DNA from: Haplodiscus bocki
Lineage: Eukaryota
Direction of reading: 5' to 3'
Assembly: GCA_965655095.1 (NCBI GenBank)
Contig: OZ296648.1
Span: 135,656,001 to 135,720,000 of the forward strand
Length of the DNA: 64,000 bases
A model generated the notes under the pieces. It made no database searches. It was given only the letters and a program-made list of their open reading frames with translations, and was not told the DNA's origin. The first letter of the stretch is position 1, and every line of letters begins with the position of its first letter. Shown here piece after piece: positions 51,415-61,111 of the stretch. Both the position numbers and the translations under genes were made by a program.

Positions 51415-51693
51415 CTATACACATTTATTACCTAAAATCCGTCTTTTTATAATCCACAGGATGTTGGTCACGCCGTGCTGAGACAAATGCACTCCGTCTT
51501 TAAGATTTCTTTCAGATGACATCTTAGATGACACGGATACGTAAGTGTAGTGTCCAATGGATGTTCGCAGCATTCGGTTTATTTCTTTCACTGCAAGGAA
51601 GCACGGTTGGCTTCGCATTACTAAGCCCAGGCAGTATACTTTGTCGCATTTTCTCTCGGCCATTCTCACAAGGTTCAAGATATCAACGAACAC
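51415..51693 (-). CDS. SGNH/GDSL hydrolase of E2, exon 2 (92 aa; spliced product 164 aa)
   Basis: Acceptor TTGTTAG|GTG; 268 bp phase-0 intron; SKMSSERNLKDGVHLS. Confidence 0.88.
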   Translation of the reverse strand: MFVDILNLVRMAERKCDKVYCLGLVMRSQPCFLAVKEINRMLRTSIGHYTYVSVSSKMSSERNLKDGVHLSQHGVTNILWIIKRRILGNKCV

Positions 51694-51961
51694 CTAACAA
51701 TAAAACAACAGGAAAAAAGGGAAAACAAATGAAGTACTGCTGAGATATTAAAAACCCAAAGTAACGGTTCAATAATAGTTTGCAAGTAGCACTAGTTAAA
51801 GCACCAGTAGAAAGACGCAGAATTGAAAACAACGTTTTCCTAGACTTTTACTAACGTATTTCAATAAAGGATTTGACAAAACACAAAAACATTCCAAATT
51901 TTACTGTCGTCTAATTTGATTTTGCAAACAGTAACCCCATGAAACATCACTTAAGCTTTAC

Positions 51962-52177
51962 CTGTTCTGGAGTTTCAGCTGGACGCCGGCCCCAATTGGA
52001 AAGGCCATTCCCTCCAATGAAAATTGTAATGGATTGAAAGCGGCGCCGCAAATTTTCCAGGAAACTCGTTACACGTTGGTCCGCCACTCTGGCGCCAGGA
52101 AAACATTTAACTGCCAAATTTTCAAGCACACCTTCCAGTTGTACGCCCAGAGAGTCGGTTATGATCAAATGAGCCAT
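51962..52177 (-). CDS. SGNH/GDSL hydrolase of E2, exon 1 (72 aa)
   Basis: IITDSL, FPGA, FIGGNG; donor CAG|GTAAAG at 51961; same exon length as E1. Confidence 0.88.
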
Positions 52178-52754
52178 AATGATCTGGAAGCACTGTGAAA
52201 AACGTCGGTTTCTGCAGCTTCAGGTATCATCCCCGAATACGGGGATACAGTAACAAGAGTGCCTCAATCAACAATGTCAAAATTTGTCATTTAACGTATG
52301 ATTATAATTGTTTTTCAAAAAAACTTGAAAGTAACCTAATTTCTATTGTCCAAAATTAACGGCGCATTTTTAAATGGACTATTTCTAGTGCTTGGAAAAT
52401 CAAAGTCCTTCAGATCAGATTCAGTCAAAGTCAATCCCCTCAAGCTAATGAATTAAACAGACACATACAAGTAATTAGCAACAAATCATCTCAACTGCAA
52501 AATAGATAATGCAACACTATGCAGTCGAAGCATTATCGTTTCCAGCAAAAAGGTTCATGTTGTTGCACGTGCTACTTGGTACATCACTCTGCAGCCGATG
52601 CGGTTGCAGCATAACATAAAGCGAAGTTCACCATTGCACCACTATGCAGTCGATGCGTATCGCTGTCAAGGCAAGGAAGTTTGTGAGCAAGTAAAACAAT
52701 TATCCGAAACTAATCCATAAGCTTTTGAGCAGCTTTCTCCTAAAGTACGACTTT

Positions 52755-55700
52755 TCAAGACACAAGTGATGACCTGCAGCACACTACTAGTTTCAAATCA
52801 TCTTCTTTGTGTAGCCAATTTTTTGCCACAATTTCCCCCAAATTGATAGCTGTGGGAAGTGACACATTTTTCTTTTTTTGTGTTGACGTAGTGTGATGCC
52901 GCATTCAGCAAATCCTTCTCGAATGCTCGGATTCTCTCTGAAGCATTAGTCCAATTGAAACCAGTAACATAAGCACAAACCATCCAGGGCAAACGATTTT
53001 GTACCTTGGTGAAGACGGAACCCAGTCCTGCATTGTGCTCTCGCAAACGACGCGCTAACGACATAGTGGAGCCAATGTACAGAAGGTGCTGCTGTGGTTC
53101 ACTTTGGAGCAAGTAACAGAACCCCATATTTTGAACGGGTAGTTCTCTCATTGAAGGGGGAAAAGGGGAGGCTCTTGCATGATCAATTGTAGGGTCACCA
53201 GCGGAACTTTTAGTCAAAATTTCATTCGTGAGTTCAGCCCATTGCGATTTTTTGCAGACTAAATCCAAAACTGCTCGTTTGTTAGATTCCTTCGATCCAA
53301 CAAAAGTCACCTGATTCAGACTTCTTACTCGACTCATTACAACATAGAGTTGTTCGGGAAGCCACAAAGCGAAATCTTTCGATCCAACTATTTGGGTTGC
53401 CACCATCGGAAGCGTTTCACCCATTGTCTTATGAATGGTTGACGCAACAAATAAATTTAGTGGAAATTGGATTCGTCTGCAAACCGTTTTGTGGTTTAAT
53501 CGGCGGGTAACACCAGTTTCTTTGCTGATAACAACACAACGCCATTTGTTTTTGATCACAGCAAGCCGTGGAATACTTCGGCAACCAGCTGGTGCTAGAG
53601 AAATTGTCACAGAGCCATTCTCAATTGTATCCAAAGAAAGTAGAACACAGAGTTGACCCTGATACGCGGATATAGATGGCATGTTCACTGTTAGTCGTAA
53701 AATGGCACCGGGGTACAGAAACAACGACTGGGGTTCAAGACATTTTTTGTTGAGAAAATTTGATGTACTTGGCGATGCCTCGGTCCAGTTGTCAGTGCTT
53801 GAAACGCACATTTCATCAACTGCTGCATTTTCATAAAATGGCGTACCGCTGCTTTTAACATCGATTATTTGGTTTTCAGTTGCTTTACGTTCTGCTTGTC
53901 GAGTGGCAAAAATTCGAATTCTGTCATTCGGTACGTCTTTCCATGAATAGACAAAATTGCAACCTTTATCGATTATTTCCCAGATACGCCTCGCATTGCC
54001 GTCAGTTTTTGGAGTCGCTGACAACAAAGACAACAGTTCTTGGCCTTTTTTGTTTTGCATCCGAACGAAATTTTCCAGTTTGAGAAAAGTGAAAGTTGTG
54101 AGAGGAAGAGAAGAACTCATCAAACAAGATCCTGATGGTGGAGGAAGTTGGAAGAAATCTCCGGTTGCAATAACAAGTTTCCCACCGAATGGAACATAAT
54201 TTGCTGTGATAACCTGAAGCACATAATCCGTGGCAGCCCAAAGTTCGCTAGAAATCATTGACAATTCTTCCACGAAAAGAACGTGTAGATTTTGCAGAAA
54301 GCGGCACTTAATAGGAGATCGCTGTAAATTGGAAAGGGCTGTTCTGGAGAGCGCTTCTGCAGAAGCATGCTTTTCCACTGGAAATGGGATGAGGGTATTC
54401 AGATGTTTTCCAGCCAAAGCGGCAGATCTTTCAGCAGCCAAAGATGTCACTACACAGTTGAGACCTTGGCATAAAGCGTATGCAAGCGATTTTAGCACAA
54501 CGAACGTTTTCCCACTTCCTGGAGGTCCAAAGACAAATTGATGCCTGATGAAAGTGCAGAGTCCTTCTTTATAAATGTCGATGGAACTCAACAGTTTGTC
54601 TAATACACGCTTCTGTTCCGTATAAGAGTTTCGGCATTGATCCGGGTTTTTCTGAATGACTGGTTTCCAAAGTAAAGGGACGGCGATGGTTGCATCTAGC
54701 ATCGCCTGCTCAGTAGGTAATTGTTTCTGACAAGTGTGAAGAAAAGCTACCATTTTGCATTTTTCCATACTGATTTGCACTGCTAGTGTTTCTTCGTATT
54801 CTTCAATGACACTTCTGTCCAGCACAGGCGGTAGCGCAGCAGCGAAATAAAGGCTGTTGACTAACAGAGCCTCCGAAAGAACACTGTGAGCCATCAAAAG
54901 GTATTTGTCAATTAGTTTCGAGGACCCAGGTACAAAACGCAGCTGTTCCAGCAAATAATTTCGTGTTAAATTTTGCACGGTTTTAGCGTTTATGTTGCAG
55001 CTTGGAATAAATTTAGCTGTTGTGAAAGCTTCTTTGAAAGATTGCACGTTCAGAATGTCCATCTTTGTGTCAAATTCTCCATTAGTCAAGAGCAAATGTA
55101 GTAGAAATTTAGTTGGGTTATTCGGCAAAATGTTACTGAAAACAACCACGGCATTTTCTTCGGACAACTGCTTCCAGTGAGCAACAAATTGTGACGCGTT
55201 TTTCGTCACAAGCAACGGAACAATGTGTATTCTCATTTCGCGTTTCAGAATCCCATCCCGTCCATCGGTACCATTTGCACGACAGAATTTTACAAAAGCG
55301 TCCACAGACCAAGGGCGTAGTTTAAGCAAATACCCCAATGCATCAACCCAACAACTTCTGCGGAGGCTTCTCTTCAAGAACACTTCATGATTGCTGATGG
55401 ATTTTTTTGTTTGAGGTTTACAACGAACAAACCAACTGTAATAATTTTTTAACTTCGAGACAAACAAAAGTTCAGGTGGGCGGAGTCCAAAAACTGTTAC
55501 TTTGTCTGGCGAAATAGAGCTGTTTTCAACATCTGCGAGACGAAAACTTTGTGTCCTAGTGAACTGCCGGTGCTTTGGGAGTTGTAAAACGTGTTTCCGA
55601 ACTCGGATTCCTTCCATGAATGTGGCGCCCAACTTAATAATATTGCTAAAGCGTTTTTCAGTGACAATTCCAGATCGATATTCTTTCGGAACAGTTGGCA

Positions 55701-58700
55701 CGTGAACAAAATCGACATTTGTACAGACATACGGAAGTTGTAAGGACCACCAGAGACACACTGTTATGCTGACAACACGACCAGTTACCGATTTTTGTTT
55801 TTCATCGCCTCTCAATTTCTTTAGCGAAGCCTGTACCCCAGCTATTTTTTCATGTGCGATTGGTTCTGTCAAAACTTTGACACTATTTTCTGTTTCACCA
55901 GCGACAATTTTGGCAACTGCTCGAGTTTCAATGCCGGATGCATATTTTGGAACGTAGCGGGGGGCCATGTAGTCGTCACATAATTGAACATTATTGCTGG
56001 ATTGTGTCAAAGCAAAAACAGCAGCGTTCGTTGGTGAATAATGTTCGTTAGAAACAGTGGGATAATGATGATTTCCGGCGGTTAAAGGATCTTTCACTTT
56101 TGGGACTAGCGAGTTTTCATCTATGTCTGCTAAATCCATTTCTCGCAAAAGTCCCATTGTTTCGCAGGAAAAGTTCACAGGAATTTCCTTGAAAGAAAAA
56201 CAATTCGAAGGAGGATATTTAGGCACACGACAATTTGGTTTCTCCATCCTGTCTGTCTTCTTATGGCAACGTTTACGGCCTTTGGAACAGTTATGGGTTT
56301 GATACTTTTGGTAAAGTTCACCCAGATGGAAACGTTCGACTGCGTTCAATTCGGGGCAACTGATTTCTAAGCCACCCAAAAACGTTTGTTTTGAACAGCA
56401 AACACGAGATCGTACATCATCACTAAATTTATCTTCTGGTGTGCACAAAATAGCATGCAAGTGAGGAAAGCCAGCTGTCTCTTCCTGCCATTCGTACCTC
56501 ATCCAAATATGAGACACAGGACCCAGTGGTTTTTCTGGTGAATTCTTCACCCATTCCATTACATATTGAGAGGCGCGGTGCCAAGACCTGAGCATGGGCA
56601 TGAGTTCAGCTTGAATTGCTGCTGAAAGTACTTCCTTCGGAGTGGTTTCTGCGGGATACATTTCATGCAGTGCTTCAAAGACTTTCCGAATCCCCGGGTG
56701 GGTCGATTGACTACAAGTGTAGGTCACAAAGTAGGTTGGATTTTTGTCTCTAATTAAAGCCGCAAGTTCGCAGACATTTTTTCGACTTTCCACACAATCA
56801 AACGTGAAAGTTTGAGTCGAAAGAAATGAGCAATTACGAGGAGCAGAATTAACTTCTTGCCATCCTCGATTTAGTATTACCCTAATGTCACTTTTAAGAA
56901 GCTGCATGTTCAAGAGGCAATCAAACACATACTGCAAATAAGTAGGATTGCAAAATGTCAAGAGAGAACCGTCTTTGATTCGAGTTCGAAGCATGTCATC
57001 CAAACCAGCGAAACCCAGCTGTTTGTTGTACCTGGATGAATTGTATAAAGCAGTTGGTATTGCTCCTTGAAAACTGCCGCTGCTAGCTTGACACCAAAAA
57101 ATCGATGGGAAAAGAAGAGCCTCGGGCTGAATGAGCGGTAATGCAGACGTCGAAGTAGCTGAAATATTTTCAAGGAAACGTTTTTCTTTCAGGGAAAGGC
57201 TGATTGGATTCACGTTACGTCGATAAAGAAGATTGCATTGTGAGTGTAAAAGAATATGGAGCGGTAGTTTGAAAGCATCTTCTTTTCGTTCATGATCCAC
57301 GGAAATAAGTTTTTCATCTGGGTTGGTTTTTAATGTGGCCATTATTCTCAAGTTGTCATCTTCGAATTCTTCGTTATTTCTTTCCGGATGAAGAATAAAA
57401 CTGACAGAAGAACTGTTGCTTGATGCAATCTCAAACGTTTCTGTTGCCGCATCTGGTTGAATTGGTTCAGTTGCAGAGATGTTGTTGGGATCAATAAAAT
57501 CCCGTGAGGAAGATGATTCCGATACTATAGAAGGGGAACTCATTTTATTCAACTTCTCCAACGGTACCGAATCAATTAAAATACGTCTGTGTTGCTGCTG
57601 TAGACCTTCATTGAAGTGACGCTTGCAAACGCAAGAGTAGCATTGCAAATGCGGGCAGCGCAAAAACGATGCACGACGACATCTACATTGGAAACCACTC
57701 TTTCTGAAGTCTCTGGTTAAACGAATTGTGTGATGTGCACAAATAAAAATACCCTGACCGGTCAAAGTGCTCAGAAATTTCCACTTCAAATCAATCAATT
57801 CAACATTTCTCGATATTTGATAAATCGCAATTGTCCAATATCCCCGAATTAAAGTTTCCAAGTTATCATTCGGGGAACCTTCTGTTTTTTTGGCAAATTT
57901 TGTACTTTTCTCAATGAGCCAAAACCCTTGAAACTTTCCTCCATGTCTAACCAACCACCTCGGTTCTCCCTTGCTGCTTCCATCCTTCGTTCCAACTGCG
58001 ATCAATTCAAATTCATTATCGGAAATAATCAGGGTTAACGGTGGTTCAACCTTGTTCCGCAAACTTTTTGGGGAACCTGTCGTAAAATGGCATGGGTCAT
58101 GTTGTACGAAATTTGCTCTCTGGTGGCTGAACCGATATTTTTCCGTTTGTCTAAGGGAAAGTGTTGAATGGTGTTACAAATTTTTGATAGAAACCTTGCT
58201 CCTACAAAACAACAACAGTCGGCTGTTCCTTCTGTTTTGTCATCACTTTTATTTTATTCAATTACAGCTGATACAGCTTGTTCGCATTTTTCAACAAGAC
58301 ATAAAACTCTTGCTGTATTCATTCTTGCGCTGCCAAGCAACACTTTCCTGAGTAAAGTGAACAAAGGCCTAAGTGTCACACTGTAATTTGATGAGTTCAC
58401 TAAGGAACGACAAAGTATTGGGGAAACACAAGCTGCAGCCTGCACAATCCACGAAACTATGCTAACTCTATTTTCTAGAGGAGGTGGAGAGCAGCCGTAA
58501 TCATCATTCCCATGAACGGGAGTGTAACAACTCAACAACTCAACATTGTTGAGATATTCTTTTTCATTCTTTTCGACTATTTTTGTGAGGTCCAGGCATG
58601 TTTGTAAGTCTATTGAAGTGGCCTGTGACAAACAACTGTTGACTTTCGTATTGTCCGGTACATAATCCAGCATTCCCGAAGCTACGTCATCAAGGATTTT

Positions 58701-60812
58701 ACCCTGTCTTACCCACTCACGAATCATTGTTTTAATGTCTTCTCTGAAATGACAAGCGACGCCTTCAGCATGATACAAAATGTCACTAGTGAAATCCCAG
58801 CGCGTTTTCCGCTTCAATCGGACTGTGCTCATTCCACTGTAAGAGCCAACACTTCTTAGCAATTGGTACGTATGACTTGCGAAGTTGGCTTTGATGCTTG
58901 AGATGAACGACAATGTGGGTGCGATGGCACTAAGACGTTCTTCATAATTCACTGTAGTTCGCCCCAGCGAAGGATGTGATGGCGGATGAAAGTACCGCAC
59001 ACTGGAGCCTCTTGAGTGCATGGAGCAAGTCTGAACCACGATTCCAACTTTTTCATCAACTCGCACTGTAGTTGCTACTAGGAACTGGCGCAGGGACACA
59101 AATGGTGTCAAAAAGTCGGATCTAATTCCTCTTAGATGCAGCAGGCTGCAGGACTGGAACGAGGTAAAGTCTCTCTCAAAAAAGTTGATGAAATGATTTG
59201 CGGGTATCCAACCTGATTCTTCAATGAAACACCAGCACCCATATGGGCAGCGGACGTTGGGATAAGGTTCATTGTCCAGGGCAAGAGCAATGATAGTCTG
59301 CTTCAAGGTTTTCATGAGTTTCTCGAAATAACGCAAACGAAGCGTCCCATCAACGGAACATTTCCCAGCAATCCGTTTCCGACTTAGACATCTTTGAACG
59401 CACAGGGGAAAGTAGTGCACGGATGTCATCCACTGTTGTCTCACTCCCCAAGGTAACAAAGACAAAATATCCATTTGGGTTCTAACTGGCCTGTCTTGAT
59501 CACTCAATAGGCTGAAAAACACAGACGGCCAAGCATTGTACCAATCATAATTTTCGGTTGTGCAATAGAGAAGACAGAGCTTACATAAAGCAACAATGGG
59601 TCCCGTTAGCTTGTTTCCAAACACACGGTTTTTAATATCAAGTTTATTCTTCCTCGTCAATTTTAAAGGGTAAAGAACTGTTGACTGGCGCATGCATTTT
59701 GCGCAACAGTCAGATCCGCCCGAATTGGGGCACTCGCAGTTCGTGTGCATATTTGTTGAAACACTATCTGTTGGGGAAAAGGCAGAACATGGGGCGTCCA
59801 GCATTTGTGAACAATCGTTGTTTAGGAGGTCCGTTGATATTGTTGATAATGTTTCCAAGGCCGAAAGTTTCTTCATATTGGTAGATACTGAAATGTTCAA
59901 GGGACTTGTTGCGAGAGTCTTTGGGTGCTCTTCCCAGGCGTAATCAGAATGGACTTTTCTTTTTTTCGAAGCTGGTTCAGTTTCAGTTGCTTCGCAGTTC
60001 TGCAATGCTTGAGTCCAGTGATTATTTTCGCTTAATTGAGAAAAAGGGCGATCAATTGATCCAACTTGCGCTACGCTGGAGCTTTCAGGACCCAGTGAAA
60101 CTAGCTCTGTTATCACCTCGAAGTGATTTGCATTCCTGTTTTGTTGAATGAAAATTCCTTCTCGTTTTACGTTGGAGGAACATTCATAAATCATCCAGGA
60201 TTGGAACAGAACATGGTACAAAAACACATCGACTTTGAAGATTTGGCAAATTGAATATATTTCAACACAGCTTCCAAAAACGCCATTTTCTGCCATTCTA
60301 GATTCGCGGAGGTACTCATGGACGGAAGTACAATTCAAAATATGATGTTGGTTGGGAAAGTCGTCGGAGTAAACAGATGTTTGCAGGCTATTAGGGGGGG
60401 AACTGATTAAATTCATGTGGCTGACAATAATGTTTCGTATGATTGGGCCACATTCATGTGACAGCCCGAGAGCAACTGCCAGAGAGGAAAAAAGGCAATT
60501 ACCGTCCCCAAGCACTGCTGTTACCCGGACTGGCTGCGTGGAGCAGATAACTGTATCATTTCCGATAGCTGTTACTATAGGCTTCCAAAAGTCAATCAAC
60601 CCCAAAGTGTTCAGCGAGCTGTGTATCTCCGTTCTCGCGGCAGGTGAGACAGAAACTGAAGCATCGGGAATTTTGTATAAAATTCCTAAAGACTCATTGG
60701 CCTGAAGTTCAACTTCAATTGATTTTGCACACACATGATGTTCTCCAACAAATTGTCCACAGGAAGTACAACGTCGACGCTTTAAGTTTCCTTTGCTGTT
60801 TTGCTTTGACAT
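52755..60812 (-). pseudogene. Disrupted RepHel (OTU-Rep-Pif1-GIY-YIG) of E2
   Basis: Same motifs as E1 (GDGNCLF, PHLHA, YVPKY, GPPGSGKT, YIGST). Lesions: TAA at 58254-58256, 1-bp loss in the A-run 58084-58087, and 1-bp gain in the T-run 52873-52879 (the corrected frame reads NWLHKEDDLKLVVCC, matching E1 NWPHKEDVLKLVICC). Confidence 0.9.
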
Positions 60813-61073
60813 TGTCAAACACAACAGACATTAGTTCAATGGGATCATAACTATATGAAAGAACAAAAAGTTACAATACAACCACACGTTGAATAACTTG
60901 CAGGGAAATTCGTATAGCAGGTAAATACATCAAATTGTCGTTTGAGCAAAGTCTTTTGGGGTTCGATTACAAACCGTTGCCTGTCTAGTTAATTCTAAGG
61001 GTCGATGCAGCGGAAAAGATAAGCAAGTACGGTAAAAAATCATAATTCGTTTCCAACCATTCATAAACCAGGC

Positions 61074-61111
61074 GCCTTGGTTTTGCGAACGGAATGGAGC
61101 AAAACCAAGGC
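61074..61111. promoter_or_regulatory. Same 13-12-13 inverted repeat upstream of E2 RepHel
   Basis: Arms identical to 42995-43032; spacer sequence differs. Confidence 0.8.

Noticed and set aside
52229-52246. ATCCCCG-AATA-CGGGGAT hairpin upstream of the E2 SGNH gene
   Set aside because: No counterpart in E1; a single 7-bp stem is expected by chance.
58063-58265. An intron rescuing the E2 RepHel break (GTAATT...ACGACAG)
   Set aside because: Donor is phase 0 and acceptor phase 1, and the interval translates colinearly with E1 (THAIxTTGSPKSLRNK vs KHVIATTTDVNNLRNK).
35090-60850. Plus-strand ORFs overlapping RepHel and the accessory genes
   Set aside because: Antisense shadows of the real genes; no independent conservation evident.
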